Of a stretch of 64,000 nucleotides of DNA, positions 8,315 through 17,540 are shown piece after piece (within the stretch, counting starts at the first letter, position 1; every line of letters starts with the position of its first letter). The stretch spans positions 71,919 to 135,918 of the forward strand of contig JAEUSP010000063.1 of NCBI GenBank assembly GCA_016788565.1, in the 5' to 3' direction. The translations under genes were made by a program, and so were the position numbers. This stretch comes from Chlorobiota bacterium (GTDB lineage Bacteria; Bacteroidota; Ignavibacteria; OLB7). The notes beneath the pieces are model-generated. The model was not told the origin of the DNA. It saw nothing but the letters and a program-made list of their open reading frames with translations, and made no database searches.

Positions 8315-9646
8315 CTACCGCAGCAGATGGAACGGGCGAACAAAGCTCACTCCATCAATCACCATCCGAAGAAACAGTAGCCCCGAAGGCTGCTGCCCCA
8401 GTGCCAACGGCAACTGCTGCCAACCTGCCGGAAACTCTTGCTCCGGTTGCACCAACCATTCTTCGCCAGTAACCGAAACAAGGCTTACACGAACACGCGC
8501 ACGCTGCGGAAGTTGGAACGAAACAACAGGAATCGCCCCCCCAACAACTGGGTTTGGGGAAAGCGCAAACGTGCTGGAAATTTGCGGCACATTTGCAACA
8601 CTGGTCGGATGCCCAACATAGCGCAGCACCCGTCCTAACGAGTGAACAATCACCCCATTGCTCCCAGGTTTATACGAAACACGAAGCCTGAAAAAATCAA
8701 CAGTATCCATGAACTCTCGTCGCCAATGTTTTCCGCCGTCGGTGGTGCGAAGAATTTTCTCCGGGCCAACCGCAAGCCCATGCAGCGAATCGGCAAAGGA
8801 AAGATCGCTAAGGCCCCAGCCGGTAGGGATCAAAGAATCAAGCTGAACATGCCACGTTATGCCACCATCGTAGGTGCGGGCAATAATGTCACGTAGCGCG
8901 CTGGTTGCAGTTTTTCCGCCAGTGGACATCCATCCGTTAAGGCTGTCAATAAAATAAAATCGTGCATCTCTTCCACGGGGAGCATTCCACTGATATGTCC
9001 ATGTTTTTCCTCGGTCGGATGACCGCACGATGATTGTGCTATCCTTCCAATACAAGGAGCAAAGAAAGACAGTAGGGGAAGGAGCAAACACATTTTCAAG
9101 ATAGCCAAATTCCCAATTTGGTGGTCTGGAGATACCAATAGAATCCCAGGTAATTCCACTATCAGCAGTAGCTAATAAATATTCAGGGTAGGTGCCATCC
9201 ACCTGAATAATTCCATATTGTGGAGTGGTCATCTGAATTTTCAGGAGTTTTTGCCACTTTGGAGTAATCACAGAAGTTTTCCAAGTTTTGCCACCATCGG
9301 TGGTGCGGACAAAGGTGCCGCTATCGCCGCAAGCCATAATGATATTTTCCGTTGGATAGGCAACGCTGTGGTAAACCGGCAACCCAATTGGAGATGTATC
9401 TTGCTTATGAATATAGTGCCATTGTAGCCCACCATCAGTTGTCTGGAAAACAGTATTGGAAAATCGAATTCCCCACGATTTTACGAAAACACAACGCAGA
9501 GAATCAAGGCAATCAACATCATTCAGAAAACTACCCTCAGGTATGGAATAATTGATAATGGAAATCCAATCAATTTGCTGGGCGCGAAGTGGTGTTCCCA
9601 TCAGATAGATGCAGCAGCAGAAAAGTAGAATATGGTGAAGTCGCAT
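8315..9646 (-). CDS. Secreted BNR/Asp-box (Ycf48/sortilin-like) beta-propeller protein with a T9SS C-terminal sorting-domain-like tail
   Basis: A signal peptide. Repeated [ST]xDGGxTW Asp-box motifs (TTDGGKTW, SSDRGKTW, TYDGGITW, TTDGGKHW). The C-terminal approximately 80 aa ends ..LLFLRMVIDGVSFVRPFHLLR. Confidence 0.6.
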   Translation of the reverse strand: MRLHHILLFCCCIYLMGTPLRAQQIDWISIINYSIPEGSFLNDVDCLDSLRCVFVKSWGIRFSNTVFQTTDGGLQWHYIHKQDTSPIGLPVYHSVAYPTENIIMACGDSGTFVRTTDGGKTWKTSVITPKWQKLLKIQMTTPQYGIIQVDGTYPEYLLATADSGITWDSIGISRPPNWEFGYLENVFAPSPTVFLCSLYWKDSTIIVRSSDRGKTWTYQWNAPRGRDARFYFIDSLNGWMSTGGKTATSALRDIIARTYDGGITWHVQLDSLIPTGWGLSDLSFADSLHGLAVGPEKILRTTDGGKHWRREFMDTVDFFRLRVSYKPGSNGVIVHSLGRVLRYVGHPTSVANVPQISSTFALSPNPVVGGAIPVVSFQLPQRARVRVSLVSVTGEEWLVQPEQEFPAGWQQLPLALGQQPSGLLFLRMVIDGVSFVRPFHLLR

Positions 9647-9786
9647 AGAGGAAATGATGGATTGTGGTTAAGGATGGTTGGCATCGCGTAGCGTGTGGGG
9701 AATCAGGAAAAAAATAAGAAGGGAAGATGGGGAGCAATACCCCCCATCTTCCTTCCTGTCATTTTTATTCACTGATAATGCTCAGC

Positions 9787-10659
9787 TTATTGTACTACCG
9801 TAAACGACCCGGTAGCAATGGCTGTTGTTTCGGCAACGATGCGGTAGTGGTAAGTTCCAGCAGGGAGTTTGGCAACATTGATTTCCAGCTCCACCGTGCG
9901 ATCGGCATTGGGGGTTCCTTTTGTTGTGGCAACCACTCCGCCTTGCAGGTCAATAATTTCTGCTGTCACCTCCGGTGCTTCCACTGCTGTGCAACGGAGC
10001 CTTGTTTTCCCACTTGCTGGATTGGGAATTACCGTAACCCCTGAGCTTTCTGGCAAAGATTGTGAAAGAGCACGCTTGGCAGCTATGGGGTCGTAGAATG
10101 GGATGTATCCACAAAAGGATTCGCATGGTGGTGTGCAGGTAGTGGTCGTTCCTGTTGAGCCAATCTGCTCAAATGTGACGTTGTCGTTACCATCACGGCA
10201 GAAGCGGTATTCAGCAATACAGCAATCAGCCAAAAATGGGGCACCTGGACAGTGCTGATAATATGGAGGTTTTGTGAGAATGTTGATTAACTCATAACAT
10301 CCCCCAATCAATAATCGCCAATTGGTGACACACTCTCCTTTACTAGGTTGGCAATTGCTTGGCAATTGTTGCCAGTAACGAAGGAAAAGATCAGCAATGG
10401 CAGATTTGAACATATCGCCAGGGGCGCATGTGCAGTTGGGATTATCCATGTCGATTTTTTCAACATAAATATCACAACTTCCGTCGCAATTCCGGGTTCT
10501 GACATAAATTTTGCCTGTGCATCCGTTACAGTGGCCGTAAAGATCGAACCGTACTGGGAATACCGAGACAGCACTCCAAGAATTATCTGGGCAATTTGGA
10601 TCAGGACAAGGATTAGTTTGCGCAATAGTGGTTGGCGTTCCAGCAATTGCTAATACCAT
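9787..10659 (-). CDS. Cys-rich secreted protein of unknown function with a T9SS C-terminal sorting-domain-like tail
   Basis: More than 20 Cys in 290 aa. The C-terminus ends ..KLPAGTYHYRIVAETTAIATGSFTVVQ. The reading frame is open upstream of the listed Met (..KHRARWIICYAAFIMVLAIAG), so a non-ATG start giving a proper signal peptide is likely. Confidence 0.5.
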   Translation of the reverse strand: MVLAIAGTPTTIAQTNPCPDPNCPDNSWSAVSVFPVRFDLYGHCNGCTGKIYVRTRNCDGSCDIYVEKIDMDNPNCTCAPGDMFKSAIADLFLRYWQQLPSNCQPSKGECVTNWRLLIGGCYELINILTKPPYYQHCPGAPFLADCCIAEYRFCRDGNDNVTFEQIGSTGTTTTCTPPCESFCGYIPFYDPIAAKRALSQSLPESSGVTVIPNPASGKTRLRCTAVEAPEVTAEIIDLQGGVVATTKGTPNADRTVELEINVAKLPAGTYHYRIVAETTAIATGSFTVVQ

Positions 10660-10944
10660 GATAAAAGCCGCATAGCAAATAATCCACCGTGCTCGATGCT
10701 TTAGTAACGTGCGGCTGTTACTGGGAACTGGGAACTGGATGGTACTGTGAACATTGGTTCCTCCGATGGGAGTAATGATGAGAGAAAAGTGCGAAAACCA
10801 TTACTGGCAATCGCGTTACATGTGCAAGGTTATAGGAATAGGATCATGGATGCCGACACGCAAAAGTACAATGGGTTATTTGCAGTTGCAAGGGGTGAGA
10901 GCTAAAAATATTTTTTATGGTATTCATTGCTATGTTAATGGCAA

Positions 10945-11487
10945 GTGAAGTTTTGCAGAACGATGCTAAAACCAGAAGAAATCATCATCCGCCGCTACCG
11001 CCCCGGCGACTCCATCGGCCAGATCACAACACTGCTGCATGAAGCCTACGGCCAACTTGCACGGATGGGGTTGCGATTCTTGGCCACCCACCAGGACGAA
11101 GCAACAACTCTGGATCGTATAACCAGCGGGGTTTGTACGTTTGTGGCGCAACGGGGGGAAACGATTGTTGGAACGCTGACGTTGTACGGACCGCATCCCA
11201 CTTCTTCCGCGTTGTGGTATCGCCAGCCAACGGTGTTTCATTTTGGGCAATTTGCGGTTCAGCCGGGGCTGCAACGTAATGGCATCGGGCTGCAAATGCT
11301 GCGGATGGCCGAAGCGGAAGCGCGCAGCGTAGGAGCCACCGAGCTTGCTCTGGACACCGCCGAACCAGCCGAGCATCTCTGCCGTTGGTATCAGCAGCTT
11401 GGGTTCCGGTTTGTTGAGTATGTTCAGTGGGATGTGACCAACTACCGAAGCGTGATTCTTTCTAAACGGCTTATCGGGGAGTGTTGA
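10945..11487 (+). CDS. GNAT-family N-acetyltransferase
   Basis: FGQFAVQPGLQRNGIGLQMLRMAEAEARSVGATELALDT matches the acetyl-CoA-binding core (Q/RxxGxG/A). Confidence 0.75.
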   Translation: MKFCRTMLKPEEIIIRRYRPGDSIGQITTLLHEAYGQLARMGLRFLATHQDEATTLDRITSGVCTFVAQRGETIVGTLTLYGPHPTSSALWYRQPTVFHFGQFAVQPGLQRNGIGLQMLRMAEAEARSVGATELALDTAEPAEHLCRWYQQLGFRFVEYVQWDVTNYRSVILSKRLIGEC

Positions 11488-11492
11488 ATGCC

Positions 11493-11580
11493 TTCACTGG
11501 TGGTCATTGGTCATTAGTCATTAGTCATTGGTCATTTGCAAGAACCAATTCGGCATTCGGCATTCGACATTTCGACATTC
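11493..11580. repeat. Single inverted copy of the composite heptamer element seen at 4270-4632
   Basis: The reverse complement reads (gaatgyc)n-attggttcttgc-(aatgacc)n-accagtgaaggca. It shares the cores attggttcttgc and cagtgaagg. The heptamer variant is TTGGTCA. Confidence 0.75.
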
Positions 11581-11591
11581 ACACAAAATCA

Positions 11592-12893
11592 ATGCTTTCA
11601 CAACTTTCTCTCTTCATCGCTCTTCTGGTGGTTGCCTGCGGGGTTGCTGGTGCGCAATCCACCAAGGGGACGTTTGCGCTCACCAACGCCCGTATCCAAA
11701 CTGTGACGAACGGGGTTATCGAGCGTGGCGTGCTGGTGATCCGCGACGGGAAAATTGCTGCAATTGGCCCCGACGTTTCCGCGCCAGCAGATGCCACCAC
11801 GATTGACTGCAACGGCTTGACGCTTTACCCCGGCATGATTGATGCCGGAACCCAGCTTGGCTTGATTGAAATCGGCTCGCTTCCCGAAACCCGCGACAAC
11901 CACGAGCTTGGGCAAATCGCGCCGCAGATGCGCGCACTGACCGCCATTAATCCCAACTCTGTCAGCATTCCCGTCACCCGCGTCAGTGGCGTAACCACCG
12001 TGCTCACCGTCCCGAACGGAGGCTTGTTCCCGGGAACCGCCGCGCTGATTAACCTGAACGGCTACACCCCCGAGCAGATGAGCGTTTCCGGCTGGCAAGC
12101 GGTTGCCATGAACTTCCCTTCAACAGGCCGCCGTGGCTGGTGGGACGACCGCCCCGAAGAGGAGGTGGAGAAAGAAGCAAGAAAGGCCCGCGAGCGGTTG
12201 GATGATGTCTGGAAAAGCGCGCTACTCTACGCCAAAATTGATTCCGCCCGCCGTGCTAATCCCGACCCCAAGCGGCTTCCGGAATATCTTCCCGAAATGG
12301 ATGCGCTGCTGCCAGCCGCCACCCGCCGCGCGCCGCTGCTGATTGAGGTGAACGCTGCGCGCGATATTGATTCAGCAATCGCATGGGTGAAGCAGAACAA
12401 CGTGCTGGCAATTTTCACCGGGGTTGATGAAGGCTGGCGCGTGGCCGATAAACTTGCTGCTGCCAACATCCCCTGCATTGTTGGCCCCGTTCTCAGCATC
12501 CCCAACCGCCCTAGCGACCGCTACGACCGCGCCTACGGAAACGCTGGCTTGCTCCGCGCAGCGGGGGTGAAAGTGGCACTGCGCACCAACGACGAAGCCA
12601 ACGTCCGCAACCTCCCGTTCCACGCCGGTTTTGCGGCGGCCTACGGGATGGGCCGCGAAGAAGCCTTGCGTGCGGTGACGATTGTCCCCGCAGAAATTTT
12701 TGGCGTTAGCAACCAGCTTGGTTCGTTAGAAGTTGGCAAGCAAGCCACACTCTTTGCCGCCGACGGCGATCCCTTCGAGCCAGCAACCAACATCCGCCAC
12801 CTTTTCATTGATGGGTACCAGATACCGATGACCAGCCGCCACACCGAACTCCACAAAGAATTTCTGAACCGCCAACCGGGATTGAAGGAGTAA
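11592..12893 (+). CDS. Secreted amidohydrolase-family metal-dependent hydrolase
   Basis: A signal peptide (MLSQLSLFIALLVVACGVAGAQS). Amidohydrolase N-terminal pattern (VLVIRDGKIAAIGP ... TIDCNGLTLYPGMIDAGTQLG) and a C-terminal beta-sandwich. About 433 aa. Confidence 0.7.
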   Translation: MLSQLSLFIALLVVACGVAGAQSTKGTFALTNARIQTVTNGVIERGVLVIRDGKIAAIGPDVSAPADATTIDCNGLTLYPGMIDAGTQLGLIEIGSLPETRDNHELGQIAPQMRALTAINPNSVSIPVTRVSGVTTVLTVPNGGLFPGTAALINLNGYTPEQMSVSGWQAVAMNFPSTGRRGWWDDRPEEEVEKEARKARERLDDVWKSALLYAKIDSARRANPDPKRLPEYLPEMDALLPAATRRAPLLIEVNAARDIDSAIAWVKQNNVLAIFTGVDEGWRVADKLAAANIPCIVGPVLSIPNRPSDRYDRAYGNAGLLRAAGVKVALRTNDEANVRNLPFHAGFAAAYGMGREEALRAVTIVPAEIFGVSNQLGSLEVGKQATLFAADGDPFEPATNIRHLFIDGYQIPMTSRHTELHKEFLNRQPGLKE

Positions 12894-12899
12894 CGCACA

Positions 12900-13535
12900 A
12901 TGCCACGCCCAGTCCGTTGGACGCTGCTTGCGCTGTTGCTTCTGCTGGTTGTGCTGCTGCCGTTTGGGTTGTTCGGGGAATCGCTGGAGGCTTGGACGGC
13001 CACGTTTATTGCAACAACTCGGAATCAGCCAGTCTTCACCGGCTTGGTGTTGGGCTTGCTGCTGGTGTCGGATATTCTGCTGCCAGTTCCCAGCAGTATT
13101 GTGAGCACGGCCGCTGGATATTTGTTAGGATTTATCGGTGGGTTGCTCACATCATTTCTGGGGATGAGCGTTGGAAGCCTGCTGGGATATTGGCTGGGGA
13201 AACGCGCCGGACGCGGGGCCGCTACTTGGATTGTTGGGGGGCAAGAACTTGAGCGGTTTCGGGTGATCGCACAGCGTTGGGGCGTTTGGGGGATCATCAT
13301 TGCGCGCCCAATTCCGGTGTTGGCCGAAGTCTCCGCGTTTGCTGCGGGAATTGGGGGGATGGATCTGAAGCAATATCTGCTATTAAGCAGCCTTGCCAAT
13401 CTTGGAATTTCGGCAGTCTATGCCGCTACCGGGGCGTTTGCTGCCAGCAGCGATGCCTTCTTTTTTGCATTTGGTGCATCGCTGCTGCTGCCGGGGTTGG
13501 GGATGATAGTCGGAAAAAAGTGGGGAGGGGAATGA
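12900..13535 (+). CDS. DedA/TVP38/TMEM64-family membrane protein
   Basis: LLPVPSSIVSTAAGYLLGFIGGLLTSFLGMSVGSLLGYWLGKRAGR is the DedA-family core motif. Four to five TM helices. Confidence 0.75.
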   Translation: MPRPVRWTLLALLLLLVVLLPFGLFGESLEAWTATFIATTRNQPVFTGLVLGLLLVSDILLPVPSSIVSTAAGYLLGFIGGLLTSFLGMSVGSLLGYWLGKRAGRGAATWIVGGQELERFRVIAQRWGVWGIIIARPIPVLAEVSAFAAGIGGMDLKQYLLLSSLANLGISAVYAATGAFAASSDAFFFAFGASLLLPGLGMIVGKKWGGE

Positions 13536-13634
13536 GCCGTGGTGCTTAACAAATGCTGGCAAGTGCTATTTTATCCAGAAGAACTTCCGTGCTGTGGCTG
13601 ATAGCATATCAATCAATCAACCTTCTCAAGCCCT

Positions 13635-15464
13635 ATGAAGCCTTTCTCCATCATGTTCTGGATACTCCTATCCGTTTGCCTGTTTCATCAATCTTCATTT
13701 TCCCAAGAAGCGGATATTGGGCGAAAGGAGGAGCATTTTTTTTATGTTGGGTATAACGGAATGGAGTTTTACTTAACGTCCAGAAGTACGGTTGAGCAGA
13801 CTTATTATTCAAAACGCTCAACCGAGTACAATACCTTCTATATTCACGAGAATTTTTTTGATAGAGTAAAGTCTATCAAGGGAGAATATGATGATGATGA
13901 TATTAATGAACGTTCAATATCAGCGATAAACCCCGAAAATGAAGATGTCTTTCTATCAGATTACCGCATCCATAAAATTTCTTTTCCTGACAAAATTGAG
14001 GTTGGAAAGTCAGGTTTTTATAGATATGAGAGGGAGTATAAGGATATAGCCTACTTCCCAATAATGTTCGTCCCTAACCTGAATAGAGTTGACAGTTACG
14101 CAATCATTGTCGAGCATCCTGATGGCGTTCAAGTAGATTTTGATATTTATTTCACGGCTAAAAACATCCCCTATACTCTAGATACTACTGATCCCGAACG
14201 AACAATTCTGAACTTTAGTGCCATTGAGCGTTTCGATAAGCTGCCCTACTACCCATTCGATGGGTTTCATGCCGCAATTTTTACTTCTGTACGCTATCAA
14301 GGAAATATCAATCCAGTAACTCCTGCGGATTTTTTGCGGTGGTATTCTAATCTTCTTGACTCCTCGATTTATTCGATAAACTACAGCGACCCTGCGCTAC
14401 ATTCTGCGATTACTACTGCGTCCAGCAACCGCGACAAGGTAAAAATGATCTATGATTACGTGCGAAAAAATGTGCGTTACATTGCCGAGGAGCAAAATTT
14501 CAACGCCATTGTCCCTCGCAGCCCAACAACAGTATTTACACGGAAGTATGGCGATTGCAAAGACAAAGCATTCCTAATTTCGGCATTAGCAAAAAAATAT
14601 GGAGTGACAGTGTACCCGGTTCTGGTGTCAACAACCCCCGAACCTCCGTTTCAAGAAACGCATCCAACGCAGTTTAACCATGTGATCTGTTTGTACGAAG
14701 AAGGGAACGAACGAATATATTTTGATCCAACCAGCATGTATTCTGAGTTTGGAGACTTGCCACAAGGTGATATGCAGGCGCAAGGGTTAATTTTAAACAA
14801 GTTAAAGCCTGAACAGGTGATTGTACCACATCAATTTTCCGATCCTACACTTGAGATCAGTATAGAGGGTGACATAGAACAACCAAAGCAAGCAAAAGCA
14901 CGGGTGATTTTGCGAAACGATTACTTATCAACCGCATTGCGGGCTAAAGCTGAACTTACTGGTATTGAATTAGAAAACACGCTATCTAATTTAGTCACGC
15001 ATCATTTTCAAAAAATATCGTTCGATTACTTTACGTTCGAGTCAGAATCAGATAGCCAGATTGTTTTTACTGCCAACGCTGACATGAAAGACTTTATTAT
15101 TGCTTCCACAGAAAAGCGTTATATCCCCCAAATGCCGTTTTCGATGATAGATAACAGCATCTTGAAACGTGAGGCAGATAGCCAAGCAATTTACCTTGAG
15201 GAGGTTACATCGCTAAAACTCGATGTCTCACTTCGTACGCCTGCCTTGAAAATTCAGTCTAAAACGGCAGAGTTTGGCGATCCATCCGTTGCATCCTTTA
15301 AAGGGGAAGCGAGGCAAGGTGATAATGGGAATATCAACCTTTCTTATTCGCTACAGAATGACAGGAAAACACTAACAGGCAATGCACGCGCTGCCTTTGT
15401 TAGCTTTGCCAAAGATTTTCTCAAAAGCAAAAAAAACATGTTCACTATAACCCAAAACCAATAA
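13635..15464 (+). CDS. Secreted DUF3857/transglutaminase-like cysteine-protease-domain protein (low-GC island gene 1)
   Basis: A signal peptide. Transglutaminase-core-like KYGDCKDKAFLISALAKKYGVTVYPVLV (GxCxDxAxLxxALxRxxGIPAR pattern). AT-rich coding sequence. Confidence 0.6.
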   Translation: MKPFSIMFWILLSVCLFHQSSFSQEADIGRKEEHFFYVGYNGMEFYLTSRSTVEQTYYSKRSTEYNTFYIHENFFDRVKSIKGEYDDDDINERSISAINPENEDVFLSDYRIHKISFPDKIEVGKSGFYRYEREYKDIAYFPIMFVPNLNRVDSYAIIVEHPDGVQVDFDIYFTAKNIPYTLDTTDPERTILNFSAIERFDKLPYYPFDGFHAAIFTSVRYQGNINPVTPADFLRWYSNLLDSSIYSINYSDPALHSAITTASSNRDKVKMIYDYVRKNVRYIAEEQNFNAIVPRSPTTVFTRKYGDCKDKAFLISALAKKYGVTVYPVLVSTTPEPPFQETHPTQFNHVICLYEEGNERIYFDPTSMYSEFGDLPQGDMQAQGLILNKLKPEQVIVPHQFSDPTLEISIEGDIEQPKQAKARVILRNDYLSTALRAKAELTGIELENTLSNLVTHHFQKISFDYFTFESESDSQIVFTANADMKDFIIASTEKRYIPQMPFSMIDNSILKREADSQAIYLEEVTSLKLDVSLRTPALKIQSKTAEFGDPSVASFKGEARQGDNGNINLSYSLQNDRKTLTGNARAAFVSFAKDFLKSKKNMFTITQNQ

Positions 15465-17395
15465 TGAAACGAATCTACCTGCTAATCGCTGCTGCCGCAA
15501 TCTGCCTTGCCGGATGCAATATCTCCTATCGAACAATGTACTTTACCGAGTTCAAACCTGAAGATATAAACGTGGATAGCGTAAATATCCAAGAGTATGA
15601 AAAGAAGTATGGTAAGTATGATGGCGTTATCCTTCATAATGATTATTCGCTTGAACAGGCTTCAACGACCTTGCGTTCTTCTTATACACTTGTAAGAATG
15701 CGGTATATGGTTTTAAATCCTAACGCTCAATGGCTTACTACACTTAATCTGAATGTTGGCAGTGGAAGCCTTAATGAGGCATACGTGTACATTATTTATC
15801 CAAATGGTCAAAGAAAGAAGTTCGGGATTGATGATTTTATTTATGAGGTAAATAATGGAAAAGGAGTATATAAATTTGCTTATCCAGAAATAGTGAAGGG
15901 AACAATTATTGAAGAATCTTATGAAATAGAGCGATCTCTTGATTTCGTTATTAATCATAGCGCGGTGCTGCAATTCTCAATTCCTTGCGAATCAAATCAT
16001 TTTCAATGCGGTTCCCACTCACTTTGGGCTGTAAAATTAAAAACTGATAGCACGAAATTACCAGGACTTACTGTTGTAGATGATGAAGACTACAATAAAC
16101 AGATCGTCGAGTATCGTGGAACTAATATCCCTGCATACGTTGATGAACCATATTCCAGCTTGCAGCAAGAAAATATTCGAAAAATTGAATTTATGTACAC
16201 AACCCTAGCAGCAAGAAGGGCATATTGGTCGTCATCTTCTACTTGGGAAGAAATATCAAACAGATATGCTGAATGGGTGGTGCGTGAAGAACCTGACGAG
16301 GATTTAGCTGAAGAAGTTCAGGAAATTATCAAATCTGCTTCTGATGATGAAGCAAAACTACGTTCTATTGCCTCGCATGTTCAGCAGAACTACAAGCTTG
16401 TTAATTGGAGCAACAATGATATTGATGTCGTTTTTGAAAAAAAACGCGGAAGTGATGATGAGCTTTGCGCGCTAACACGGGAAATGCTTCAGGCCGCCAA
16501 CATCCCAGCAGAAATGGTTCATGTGCACTCTGCTTATGATGGCCAATTTGTTGAGTCCTATGTGAACATTTACGAAATCCGTAATCCTGCTGTATTGGTA
16601 ACCATTAAAGGAAATCAGTACATGGTGTTCCCTTATGTTAAAAATTACCCTGTTGATCTTATTCCACAACATCTTCAGGAACAGAAGGCTTTAGTGGTTC
16701 AGGAAGGTGAAAAGGCCAAATTCGTAACCACGCCAGCGGGCAGTATGGCGAACAACACCGTCACCGAACAGTATAAATTGAATATCAATGATGAAGGAGA
16801 AATTGAGGTGCAGGAAGAGAAAACTCTAACTGGGCAGGGCGCGTATCGGATACGTGAAATGCTAACAGAGATGAAAGCCGATGAGATTGATAAAGTTCTA
16901 AAAGAACTGCTAACCTACTCCGAAGGTGATGTCAAGATCGTCTCCCACGAAATAATTAACCAAAGTGATTACACCAAACCCCTAATCATAAAACTGGTGT
17001 ACAACATTGATAACCTTGTGACAGTGACACCAGATGAGGTGATCTTTCAGACAGGAGGGCTGTTCTCGCCATCCTCAAATGTGAAGACGAAGATTGATAC
17101 CGAGGAACGAGTAAACCCAATACGGATTTATTCGGATGAAAAGTATATTAAAAATATCAGCATTGAGTTCCCCAAAAACTGGGCACTGACCTCTACGCTG
17201 AAAAATCTTGAGAAGGAGAATGAGTTCGGTAAAATCAAGGGAGTTTATACTGTAAATCCTGGGAACATTCAAGTTGCGCAGGAGCGATTGCTACTAAAAT
17301 CCCACAAACCGAAGGAAATGATTGATGAGCTTCTGGAAATCACCGGAAGGAAGTCGCAGCTGTATATCCCTACAATGATTTTTAAGATCAATTAG
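15464..17395 (+). CDS. Lipoprotein paralog with a transglutaminase-like domain (low-GC island gene 2)
   Basis: Lipobox LAGCN. GSDDELCALTREMLQAANIPAEMVHV matches the transglutaminase-like core. The start overlaps the stop of the upstream gene (taATGa). Confidence 0.55.
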   Translation: MKRIYLLIAAAAICLAGCNISYRTMYFTEFKPEDINVDSVNIQEYEKKYGKYDGVILHNDYSLEQASTTLRSSYTLVRMRYMVLNPNAQWLTTLNLNVGSGSLNEAYVYIIYPNGQRKKFGIDDFIYEVNNGKGVYKFAYPEIVKGTIIEESYEIERSLDFVINHSAVLQFSIPCESNHFQCGSHSLWAVKLKTDSTKLPGLTVVDDEDYNKQIVEYRGTNIPAYVDEPYSSLQQENIRKIEFMYTTLAARRAYWSSSSTWEEISNRYAEWVVREEPDEDLAEEVQEIIKSASDDEAKLRSIASHVQQNYKLVNWSNNDIDVVFEKKRGSDDELCALTREMLQAANIPAEMVHVHSAYDGQFVESYVNIYEIRNPAVLVTIKGNQYMVFPYVKNYPVDLIPQHLQEQKALVVQEGEKAKFVTTPAGSMANNTVTEQYKLNINDEGEIEVQEEKTLTGQGAYRIREMLTEMKADEIDKVLKELLTYSEGDVKIVSHEIINQSDYTKPLIIKLVYNIDNLVTVTPDEVIFQTGGLFSPSSNVKTKIDTEERVNPIRIYSDEKYIKNISIEFPKNWALTSTLKNLEKENEFGKIKGVYTVNPGNIQVAQERLLLKSHKPKEMIDELLEITGRKSQLYIPTMIFKIN

Positions 17396-17430
17396 TTGTA
17401 GCGTTATCCAAATCCAGAAAGGATTGCGTA

Positions 17431-17466
17431 ACAGGGGGTGGCAATGGCCACCCCCTGTTGTTTTTC
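17431..17466. terminator. Bidirectional rho-independent terminator between convergent genes
   Basis: The hairpin acagggggtggcAATggccaccccctgt has an 11-bp GC-rich stem. It is followed by tgttttt and preceded by A-rich sequence. Confidence 0.8.
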
Positions 17467-17540
17467 AGGAAACATGAATGGAATCACCAAATAGGAACTT
17501 GCGCTGTTGCTCATGGTGCTTTATCACCAAATCTTCGCAA

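Noticed and set aside
10879-10920. FCB-type promoter (TTTG...TAnnTTTG-like: tttgcag..N19..tattttttatgg) upstream of the GNAT gene
   Set aside because: It is AT-rich and plausible, but the -7 element does not match the consensus well and there is no experimental anchor. It is left as a note only.
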